From Clostridia bacterium (GTDB lineage: Bacteria > Bacillota > Clostridia > Acetivibrionales > DTU013), in assembly GCA_036260935.1 (NCBI GenBank), contig DATALQ010000014.1, positions 73,432 to 137,431 on the forward strand: DNA of 64,000 nt, written 5' to 3'. A program made the translations under genes and the position numbers. This document shows, piece after piece, positions 8,030 to 16,118 of the stretch; position 1 is the first letter of the stretch; the number at the start of each line of letters is the position of its first letter. The notes under the pieces were generated by a model. The model had not been told where the DNA came from. It worked only from the letters and a program-made list of their open reading frames with translations, and made no database searches.

Positions 8030-8920
8030 ATGATAAAGGCTAAAAACCAGCGCTTAAGTATGACCTTTATGCCGTATCTGTTTATTGCCCCTGTAATTAT
8101 TTTACTATTTGTTTTCAACATACTGCCATTGCTGTCGGCGTTTCTCATCAGCAGCTTTGATGTTTCTACTTCGTTCAATCATGCCAGGTTCCTCGGGCTC
8201 GGAAATTTTACGGAAGTGCTTGGCGATGCACGTTTCTGGAACAGTCTGAAGGTCACGCTTAAGTGGACGGCAGTGGAGGTGCCTCTGCAGGTCATTCTCG
8301 CGCTTATCCTATCCACTCTTCTTACTGAGAATTCTGTATCGAACAAAATATTCCGATCGGTATTTTTTCTCCCGATAATCTGTTCGGCGACGGTTACCAG
8401 TATCATGTGGAAGATGATACTGCATTCTAATGTGGGCTATGTCACTTATCTTCTGAAAATACTTGGCTTTGGCAGCATTAATTTTATGAATTCGCCTGGA
8501 TTGACATTTTATGTTATTTTATTCATGTCGATCTGGAAAACATTTGGAATATCAACTATTATTTTTGTAGGTGCAATGCAGAATGTACCGAAGAGCTTGT
8601 ATGAAGCTGCAGAAATAGATAATGCAGGCAAGCTTCGGCAGTTCTATGACGTGACTCTCCCTGGAATAGCACCGACAATGTGGTTTATAATCATGACGAG
8701 GCTGATAAGCTCGTTCCAGGTATTTGATATCGTTTATACGACAACAGGCGGCGGCCCGAACTTTTCCACTGAGACGCTTGTATCCTTCATTTATACAAGA
8801 GCTTTTGAAGTGAACAGAATGGGTTATGCATCTGCAGTATCGGTCTGCCTGTTTATAATTATACTTGTTATAACAATTGCCCTGTATTCAGGAATGCTGA
8901 AACAGGAAAAGGAACTTTAG
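8030..8920 (+). CDS. Carbohydrate ABC transporter permease (MalF/UgpA-like)
   Basis: Six TM segments. EAA loop YEAAEIDNAGKLRQFYDVTLPGI. Confidence 0.9.
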   Translation: MIKAKNQRLSMTFMPYLFIAPVIILLFVFNILPLLSAFLISSFDVSTSFNHARFLGLGNFTEVLGDARFWNSLKVTLKWTAVEVPLQVILALILSTLLTENSVSNKIFRSVFFLPIICSATVTSIMWKMILHSNVGYVTYLLKILGFGSINFMNSPGLTFYVILFMSIWKTFGISTIIFVGAMQNVPKSLYEAAEIDNAGKLRQFYDVTLPGIAPTMWFIIMTRLISSFQVFDIVYTTTGGGPNFSTETLVSFIYTRAFEVNRMGYASAVSVCLFIIILVITIALYSGMLKQEKEL

Positions 8921-8936
8921 GGAGGAGGCGAAGCTC

Positions 8937-9770
8937 GTGAACAAAAAAATAAAGAAGACCGTATTGCATATTCCCGTACTTATCGGATTAACGTTCATTG
9001 CCCTTATTATTCTCGTGCCGATTTTGTGGATGTTTATCAGCTCGTTTAAGCCTCAGCATGATATTATATCCTACCCTCCGACCTTTTTTGCGAAGCAGGT
9101 CACATTGGAGAATTTCATCAGGCTGGCCAAAAGGGTTAAAATACTATATTTCGTCAAGAACTCAGTCATATACGCATTGTTGTCAACCATACCGTCCGTA
9201 TTAATTTGCTCAATCGCGGGATATGCGTTTGCAAGGTATAAATTCAAAGGCAGGAACATTCTTTTTATTCTCGTTCTGGCGACGATGATGATCCCGTTCC
9301 AGGTAATAATGATTCCGCTCTTCCTTATCGTCAGCAATCTAAAAATGTACGATACTTACTGGGGGCTCATTCTTCCCAAAATAGCTGCCGCGATCTCCAT
9401 TTTCATGATGCGGTCCGCATTTGCGGGATTGCCGAAAGAACTTGAGGAAGCAGGCAGGATCGACGGTGAATCAGAGTTCGGAATCTATTGGAAGATAATG
9501 CTTCCGCAGGTCAAGGCAACCTTCGTTACTTTGGTGGTTCTTGGAGTAAACGGAGCATGGAACGACCTTATGTGGCCGCTGCTCATAACGGGCGACATGA
9601 AAATGAGAACACTTTCAAACGGTATTGCGATGTTTGTCGGTACGGATACTTCGGAACATGGTCCTGCATTTGCCGGAGCGTTCATTTCGATACTTCCCAT
9701 GCTGCTGCTCTATATATTCGGTCAGAGGTACTTTGTGGAAGGTACCGTTACAAGCGGCCTTAAGGGCTGA
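8937..9770 (+). CDS. Carbohydrate ABC transporter permease (MalG/UgpE-like)
   Basis: EAA loop EEAGRIDGESEFGIYWKIMLPQ. GTG start with GGGAGGAGG upstream. Confidence 0.9.
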   Translation: MNKKIKKTVLHIPVLIGLTFIALIILVPILWMFISSFKPQHDIISYPPTFFAKQVTLENFIRLAKRVKILYFVKNSVIYALLSTIPSVLICSIAGYAFARYKFKGRNILFILVLATMMIPFQVIMIPLFLIVSNLKMYDTYWGLILPKIAAAISIFMMRSAFAGLPKELEEAGRIDGESEFGIYWKIMLPQVKATFVTLVVLGVNGAWNDLMWPLLITGDMKMRTLSNGIAMFVGTDTSEHGPAFAGAFISILPMLLLYIFGQRYFVEGTVTSGLKG

Positions 9771-9790
9771 TGTACAGGAGGCTGTCAAGG

Positions 9791-11488
9791 ATGTCTTTAT
9801 TTCATAAGGTATTACGCGATACGGGACGGGAACTGTTCCTGTATTACCCCGGCAATAAGAACCGAACACCGTTTAAAATATGCAGTATAACGTTTCTGCT
9901 CGATAAATGCAGTGAAAACAATGTAAATGAACTGTTGGACAAGTGCGGCCTGGCAGCATTTGCCGATAAAAACGGGGTTATTCTATCATTTCCCGTTCCG
10001 GACGGACACGGATGGAATTATAAGTTGAATCCCGGTGAAGCGGATGATGTATCAGCATTCCGCAGGTTCCAGGAAGCAATGTCGAAACCGGATGATCTTC
10101 CGTTGGATACTGAGCCGACAGGCATACCGACACTCCAGGCAATGCTTGGTACATGGCATCCGATGAATGATACTAAATATCTCATTGGTGTCGGTACCGG
10201 CGCCTCAATGGCTTATACGCTTGCCTCGTGTTGTCCTGACAATATAGCGGCGGTACTCGCGGTAGGCGGAGACCTCGATGAGGGCGTGCTTGAAAAAGCC
10301 GTATACTCTCCTGTACCGGTATGTATTACGGCGGGAGGGAAGAAGGCGTCGGATTATTTCATTAAAGCGAATGGCGCTGAGGAAAAAGACGCGAATGAGC
10401 ATAGAACCATTTATGAGAACCGTGTAAACCCATTGCAATGCGTAGTGCTCGACCGGACTTATACTGAGCTGAGCGGCGAGCTTGTCACCAAGGTATGGGA
10501 AAAGATGTTCAAAAAGATAAGACGGCCGAACACGGGCGCGCACGGTGATTGTGAGCCCCGTTTGGATATTGATAAGGCCGGTTTCGAGTATTTTATCGAG
10601 GACACACGGCTCGACGGCAAGCCACATACATGGTTCACCCACGTGCCGTCCTGTGCGAAGAGTGAGCCGGATAAAAAGCTGCCGATGGTTGTGTTTTTCC
10701 ACGGCGGCTCGGACAATCCCGCCGAAGCGGCCGAGATGAGCAAGTTCCATGAACTTGGAGAAAAAGAGGGCTTCATAACGGTATATCCATGGGGTACCAA
10801 CAGATGCGGATGGAACAGCGGCATGCTGCCGGGCCTTGAAGACGACGTCGGATTTACGGCAGCACTTGTAAAATTCATGCTTTCAAATTACCCGGTTGAT
10901 CCCGGAAGGGTATACCTGTCGGGCTTCTCAAACGGAGCCGCGCAGGCCCAGGCAGTAGCTCTCGTCCATCCCGAGCTGATAGCTGCGATCTGCCATATTG
11001 ATGCCAACTGGCCAGGAGAACGGTTCCATGCATGCGAGGTGGATTGGCACGATATCATACCGTTTGCTGTCGGCATGGAGAGGAAAAAGGAGTATGATTA
11101 CCGTATACCGGTGTGGTATACTTACGGTTCCCGCGAGCCTTCGTACCCTGTTTATAACGGCAGCACGCAGCAGCACCAGTATGATTTCTGGAAGCTGTAC
11201 AACAATATTGAGATAAAGCCTACGCCGGGCAGAGAAAATCCCGATCCGACAGGCTGCGGAGTGAAAGGCGACAAATCCGAGCTGATAGTGCCTTCAAAAA
11301 GGCATCCGCATCATGAGTATGATGTACAGCGCTTCTATTCAAGGGATAAGACCCCTTTAAACCTCTATAATTATGTAATCATGCGTGAAAAGGGGCACGA
11401 TGTGGCCCAGATGGATCCGACGCTCGGATGGAATTATGTCAGGCAGTTCAAGAGGAATAGCGATGGCAGCCTGGGATTTGTGAAGTAA
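9791..11488 (+). CDS. Two-domain esterase, PHB-depolymerase/LpqC (CE1-like) family; N-terminal copy degenerate
   Basis: The C-terminal half carries VVFFHGGSDN (HG oxyanion motif), GFITVYPWG and YLSGFSNGAAQ (GxSxG). The N-terminal half has the same layout but reads FLLDKC and IGVGTGASMAY. I chose the ATG at 9791 (AGGAGG 9 nt upstream); the alternative at 9770 overlaps the upstream stop. Confidence 0.8.
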   Translation: MSLFHKVLRDTGRELFLYYPGNKNRTPFKICSITFLLDKCSENNVNELLDKCGLAAFADKNGVILSFPVPDGHGWNYKLNPGEADDVSAFRRFQEAMSKPDDLPLDTEPTGIPTLQAMLGTWHPMNDTKYLIGVGTGASMAYTLASCCPDNIAAVLAVGGDLDEGVLEKAVYSPVPVCITAGGKKASDYFIKANGAEEKDANEHRTIYENRVNPLQCVVLDRTYTELSGELVTKVWEKMFKKIRRPNTGAHGDCEPRLDIDKAGFEYFIEDTRLDGKPHTWFTHVPSCAKSEPDKKLPMVVFFHGGSDNPAEAAEMSKFHELGEKEGFITVYPWGTNRCGWNSGMLPGLEDDVGFTAALVKFMLSNYPVDPGRVYLSGFSNGAAQAQAVALVHPELIAAICHIDANWPGERFHACEVDWHDIIPFAVGMERKKEYDYRIPVWYTYGSREPSYPVYNGSTQQHQYDFWKLYNNIEIKPTPGRENPDPTGCGVKGDKSELIVPSKRHPHHEYDVQRFYSRDKTPLNLYNYVIMREKGHDVAQMDPTLGWNYVRQFKRNSDGSLGFVK

Positions 11489-11506
11489 TGGGAGGAGGAA
11501 TTCACT

Positions 11507-12664
11507 ATGGCATACAGATTCAGTGATAACGAGGCCATGCATACGGACGCCTTGTTTTTCGATATGGTAAATCTTAAAATGCGGCTCTATACGGACAGCA
11601 ACGGCAATATAGGGCCAAGGCATATCCGTGAATATCCCGGGGTTAAAATAGAGGACAACGGAGACGTTTCGTTCTGTATCTATGCGCCGGAAGCCAGGGA
11701 AGCAGCCGTAGCGGGGTTTCCGGGATCGGCGATGACGGACAATAAGCATTATATGAAAATGGATGCGGAGGGCTATTGGCGTGTAACAGTCAGTGGTATT
11801 CCGGCGGGCTATCATTACCATGAATATTTTATAGACGGTACCTGTGTTGTCAATCCGCAGGCTCCTGTAGGATATGGCGCACACAAAGCGGTAAATTTCT
11901 TCGATATCCCTGAGGAAAGGGATTTTTACGCGCTTAAAAATGTTCCGCACGGTACGCTGCGCGTAGAGCATTTTTATTCTTCCGTAACGGGAAGAACCAG
12001 AGACTGTTGGGTATATACGCCGCCCAGATATGATGAGGATACCGAAAAAAAATATCCTGTTCTTTACCTGCAGCATGGCGGCGGGGAGACCGAGACCGGG
12101 TGGGTATGGCAGGGGAAGGTAAACTACATCATGGATAACCTGCTTGCGGAAAACAACTGCCGTGAAATGATAGTTGTTATGAACTGCCTCTATTGCGTAA
12201 ACGATAAGAAAGAGGAGGAATTCCTCGCGGGCGATTTTGACTCCATGCTGTTAAAGGACTGCATCCCGTTCATAGAGAAGAAGTTCAGGGTCGCGGAGGG
12301 TGACCGTAACAGGGCTATGGCCGGACTTTCAATGGGCAGCTACCATACGACCATGACCACGATGCGGCATCTTGGCTATTTCCCGTATATAGGCATATTC
12401 AGCGGCACACTGGAAAAACGATGGTATTGTAATTTTGATTATTATAAGAATTTTGATGATCCTAAGGTATTCAATGAGAAAGTAAAGCTGTTGTTTTTCG
12501 GCTACGGCGAGCAGGAAGACAGGATTGTCAACGGACTCGGAAAGGACCTGGAAAGGTTCGACGAGACCGGAATAAAATATACAAAGTATACATGTCCCGG
12601 TTACCACGAATGGACTGTATGGAGAAAATGTCTCGAAAAATTTGCCGGACTTTTATTTAAATGA
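11507..12664 (+). CDS. Esterase-D/putative-esterase family alpha/beta hydrolase with an N-terminal Ig-like (E-set/CBM48-like) domain; feruloyl/acetyl esterase-like
   Basis: YPVLYLQHGGGETETGW and the nucleophile elbow AMAGLSMGSY are present. RBS GGGAGGAGG. Confidence 0.8.
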   Translation: MAYRFSDNEAMHTDALFFDMVNLKMRLYTDSNGNIGPRHIREYPGVKIEDNGDVSFCIYAPEAREAAVAGFPGSAMTDNKHYMKMDAEGYWRVTVSGIPAGYHYHEYFIDGTCVVNPQAPVGYGAHKAVNFFDIPEERDFYALKNVPHGTLRVEHFYSSVTGRTRDCWVYTPPRYDEDTEKKYPVLYLQHGGGETETGWVWQGKVNYIMDNLLAENNCREMIVVMNCLYCVNDKKEEEFLAGDFDSMLLKDCIPFIEKKFRVAEGDRNRAMAGLSMGSYHTTMTTMRHLGYFPYIGIFSGTLEKRWYCNFDYYKNFDDPKVFNEKVKLLFFGYGEQEDRIVNGLGKDLERFDETGIKYTKYTCPGYHEWTVWRKCLEKFAGLLFK

Positions 12665-12676
12665 AGGAGATGCACT

Positions 12677-13525
12677 ATGGCGATAATGAGATACAATTTT
12701 CTGTCGGAGGTATTGAGTCTGTGCGTTGACGTAACTATAACATACCCCTCGGGAATGTTCACCTATAGCGAAAATTCGGGCAAGAAGGAAGCAAGACAGG
12801 GGCAGAAAAAAATACCGTACAGGGAGGGTATGAAGCTGCAGACTGTTTATATCCTCCACGGCGGCAGCGATGATGATACATTGCCTGCAAGATACACAAA
12901 TCTTGAAAGATATGCCGAAAGAAACTGCGTCATGACTGTCACGGCACAGGTCAAGGACAGCTTTTATATGGACACGGCATACGGATACAATTATTTTACG
13001 TTTATAACGGAAGAACTCCCGACCGTCATCAGGTCGCTTTTCGCGTCATCGCCGGCGAGGGAGGACAATTTCGTAATTGGCTTCGCAATGGGCGGAAACG
13101 GCGCGCTCGCACTGGCGATGAGAAGACCGGATCTCTATTCGGCCGTCGTAGATCTGTCCGGAGGAATCGGCTGCAGCATAGATACGGAGTATTTCTTCGA
13201 GGAAATGAAGACGGTAAAAATGGCCAGGCTGCAAAGTACATTCGGGGACCTGGAAAAATTCAGGGGAAGTGAGTATGACCTCGGATATTACGCAAAAAAG
13301 AATATGCAGGAAAAGGTCGATATGCCGAAGCTTTTCCTGGCTGTCGGAGAAAACGATTTCATAAGGGATGTCGTCAGGAAGGACAGGGATGCGCTCAGGG
13401 CGCTGGGGTATGATTTTCATTATGAAGAGGCCCCGGGGCTGGGCCACGAATGGGATTTCTGGGACAGCTATTTCAGAAAAGCGCTTGACGAATGGCTCCC
13501 GCTTAAGCGAAGGCCAACGGCGTAA
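12677..13525 (+). CDS. Esterase-D/tributyrin-esterase (EstA)-like alpha/beta-fold protein lacking the nucleophile serine
   Basis: Colinear with remembered S. pneumoniae EstA (MA.M...Y.S..L, LHG, YGY.YFT.I.EELP). The nucleophile elbow reads GFAMGG (GCA Ala at 13085-13087) instead of GLSMGG. Confidence 0.75.
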   Translation: MAIMRYNFLSEVLSLCVDVTITYPSGMFTYSENSGKKEARQGQKKIPYREGMKLQTVYILHGGSDDDTLPARYTNLERYAERNCVMTVTAQVKDSFYMDTAYGYNYFTFITEELPTVIRSLFASSPAREDNFVIGFAMGGNGALALAMRRPDLYSAVVDLSGGIGCSIDTEYFFEEMKTVKMARLQSTFGDLEKFRGSEYDLGYYAKKNMQEKVDMPKLFLAVGENDFIRDVVRKDRDALRALGYDFHYEEAPGLGHEWDFWDSYFRKALDEWLPLKRRPTA

Positions 13526-13603
13526 TAAAAAAGCCGATCATTAATAATAGCTGCATCAAACTGCAGAGTAATAAAAAAGTAAAAAAAATTGTCGGAGGTA
13601 GAT

Positions 13604-14776
13604 ATGTCTAATTTTTCTGATCTGGACAAGCTTCTGCAGAGCTTTGTCGACGGGGGTCTGCCCGGGTGTGCGCTTCAGATCGCTCAGAAGGGCAGGACGA
13701 TTTATGAAGGATATTTCGGCTATGCCGATATCGAAACAAAAGCACCTGTAACGAACAGGTCTGTCTTCCGTATGGCGTCCATGTCGAAAATACCGCTTTA
13801 TACGACGCTTATGATGCTGTATGAACGCGGCAGGTTCCTGCTGAACGACCCTATTTACGAGTATTTTCCGGAGTGGAAGGATACCAGGAAATTTGTAAAG
13901 GATCCTAACGGTTACGTGAAGGCAGTACCGACGGACGGCCCGATTACTATCCGCGATATCCTGTCCATGAAGTGCGGGCTTCCGTACTGCAACTTCCCGG
14001 GCAAAACCGAAAACCGCACTCTCCAGGCCATGCAGAAGTACATGCAGCCATTGTGGGACAAAGGTCACTTTACAAACCGCGAGCAGATTGCCGCCATGTC
14101 TCAGGCCCCGCTGGCGTTCGAGCCCGGCACGCATTGGGTTTACGGTTTTTCAAGCGAACTTGCGGCAGGCCTGATTGAAGCATTGTGCGGCAAATCGGTC
14201 GACGACGTATTTCAGGAGCTATTATTCGATCCGCTTGGAATGGACGACACCCGCTCTCATTATTTCGGCGATATCCCGAAACGTATGGTCGGGCTGTACC
14301 AGAAGACTCCTTTAGGCAAACTTATGCCCGGCGCCACCGTTCTGGATGAGAAGCACAAACCCGGTCCCGAGCATGAAGCCGGTTGGGCGCGGTTATTCTC
14401 CACCGTAAATGACTACACAAAGATAATGCAGATGCTGGCAAACGGCGGCGTATATGACGGCATCCGAATCATGGGACGCAAGACCATCGATCTCATGCGT
14501 ACAAACGGCCTCAACGACCTGCAGCAGAAGGATTATGACAATGTCTACGAAGCCGGCTACGGGTATGGTTACGGTGTGCGCACTCTGATCGACAAGCAAA
14601 AGGGCAACCATAACGGTTCGCTCGGTTCGTTCGGCTGGACCGGAGGTTTCGGTACCTGGTGCGAGGCAGACTCCGAAGACGGTGTCTCGATCGTTTACAT
14701 GCACAATATGATGCCGAGCGGTGAAGTATATTATCATCTGCGTATGCGTAATGTCGCTTACGGCTGCATTAAATAA
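13604..14776 (+). CDS. Beta-lactamase-fold serine hydrolase (family VIII esterase / EstB-like)
   Basis: SxxK motif ASMSKI and a later YGFSSE motif. I chose the ATG at 13604 with GGAGG upstream over the TTG at 13589. Confidence 0.85.
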   Translation: MSNFSDLDKLLQSFVDGGLPGCALQIAQKGRTIYEGYFGYADIETKAPVTNRSVFRMASMSKIPLYTTLMMLYERGRFLLNDPIYEYFPEWKDTRKFVKDPNGYVKAVPTDGPITIRDILSMKCGLPYCNFPGKTENRTLQAMQKYMQPLWDKGHFTNREQIAAMSQAPLAFEPGTHWVYGFSSELAAGLIEALCGKSVDDVFQELLFDPLGMDDTRSHYFGDIPKRMVGLYQKTPLGKLMPGATVLDEKHKPGPEHEAGWARLFSTVNDYTKIMQMLANGGVYDGIRIMGRKTIDLMRTNGLNDLQQKDYDNVYEAGYGYGYGVRTLIDKQKGNHNGSLGSFGWTGGFGTWCEADSEDGVSIVYMHNMMPSGEVYYHLRMRNVAYGCIK

Positions 14777-14788
14777 AGGAGGTAACCC

Positions 14789-15988
14789 ATGTCTGACTTC
14801 AAACATCTCGACGCACTTCTTCAGAAATATGTAGACGACGGCCTGCCCGGCTGCTCGTGCATTATAGCAAAAAAAGGCGATATCCTCTATGAGAATTATT
14901 TCGGCTGGGCCGATATGGAAAACAAGAAACCGCTGACGCGTGAAAATGTTTTCCGCCAGGCTTCACTGACAAAGGTCGCAATGTATACCGTCGCCATGAT
15001 GCTTTATGAGCAGGGCAGGTTCCTCATGAGCGACCCGCTTTACGAATATTTCCCCGAGTGGCGGAACTCCGTGAAGATGGTATGCCGAGCAAACGGTGAT
15101 ACTGATATCGTTCCGGTAGAGCATCCCATTACGGTCAAGAATATTATGAATATGACCTGTGGCCTGCCCTACGACATGATAATGGGCGATATGCCCGTGC
15201 AGCATCCGGTTTCTCAATTGATGGCAAACGCAATGGCGCCGCTGCGCGAAAAGGGGTATTTTACCCTCCGCGAGCAGATAAGGGCCATTTCACAGGTGCC
15301 TCTCATGTTTGAGCCCGGCTCACGCTGGTTATACGGCTTTGCAAGCGAACTGACCGCAGGTCTTATTGAGGCGGTCACCGGAAAGCCCACAGAACTCGCA
15401 ATCAAGGAAATGCTTTTCGAACCGCTTGGCATGGAAAGCTCTGCGAATTTCACCTTCGGAGATATCCCCGAAAGGCTGGTCAGGAATTATTTTCTTAAGC
15501 CCGGCAAGCAGCTCGGTGATGCGGATGCCATGATGATACCTCCCGCTGAGCATGACGCAAAATTTATCGGTCCGCTCGGAACAGTGCCCGGGTTCTCCCG
15601 CGTTATCACCAACTGTTGGGATTATACCAAATTCATGCAAATGCTGGCGAACGGCGGAGTCTATAACGGCAAGCAGATTATGGGCAGAAAAACCATCGAT
15701 CTCATGCGTACAAATACGCTGACTGATACAATGATACGCGAGGACCTCTCAAATTCCTACCTGGCCGGGTATGGCTACGGATACGGCGTACGCACGTTAA
15801 TGGATCCTTACGGAGGCCAGCACAACGGTTCCGTCGGCGCATTCGGCTGGACCGGCGGATCGGGTACATGGGCTGAAGCCGACCCATCCGAGGGCGTATC
15901 GATTGTTTACATGCACAACTTGCAGCCGAATCTGGAAGAGTATCACCATCTGCGCATGCGCGCAACAGCGTACGGCTGCCTGGAATGA
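14789..15988 (+). CDS. Beta-lactamase-fold serine hydrolase, tandem paralog of the preceding gene
   Basis: SxxK motif ASLTKV. By hand count, 54 of 89 aligned N-terminal residues are identical to the upstream gene. RBS AAAGGAGG. Confidence 0.85.
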   Translation: MSDFKHLDALLQKYVDDGLPGCSCIIAKKGDILYENYFGWADMENKKPLTRENVFRQASLTKVAMYTVAMMLYEQGRFLMSDPLYEYFPEWRNSVKMVCRANGDTDIVPVEHPITVKNIMNMTCGLPYDMIMGDMPVQHPVSQLMANAMAPLREKGYFTLREQIRAISQVPLMFEPGSRWLYGFASELTAGLIEAVTGKPTELAIKEMLFEPLGMESSANFTFGDIPERLVRNYFLKPGKQLGDADAMMIPPAEHDAKFIGPLGTVPGFSRVITNCWDYTKFMQMLANGGVYNGKQIMGRKTIDLMRTNTLTDTMIREDLSNSYLAGYGYGYGVRTLMDPYGGQHNGSVGAFGWTGGSGTWAEADPSEGVSIVYMHNLQPNLEEYHHLRMRATAYGCLE

Positions 15989-16118
15989 GTATTGAGACTC
16001 CGCACGGCATGAAACCATCATTCCGGCGCTTCACTGGCGGCTGTACCGCCGGGGGTGCGCAGGGATGAAGGAACAAAAAGCTGCACTAAAAAGTTGTACT
16101 AAAAAGGGAGAATAATAA

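Noticed and set aside
11357-12076. A 239-aa minus-strand ORF antisense to the esterase gene. Similar long antisense ORFs occur at 13556-14134, 21400-22137, 51153-51893, 58530-59207 and 60007-60453.
   Set aside because: All of them overlap strongly supported genes on the other strand, lack an RBS and have biased, motif-free translations. They are typical shadow ORFs.
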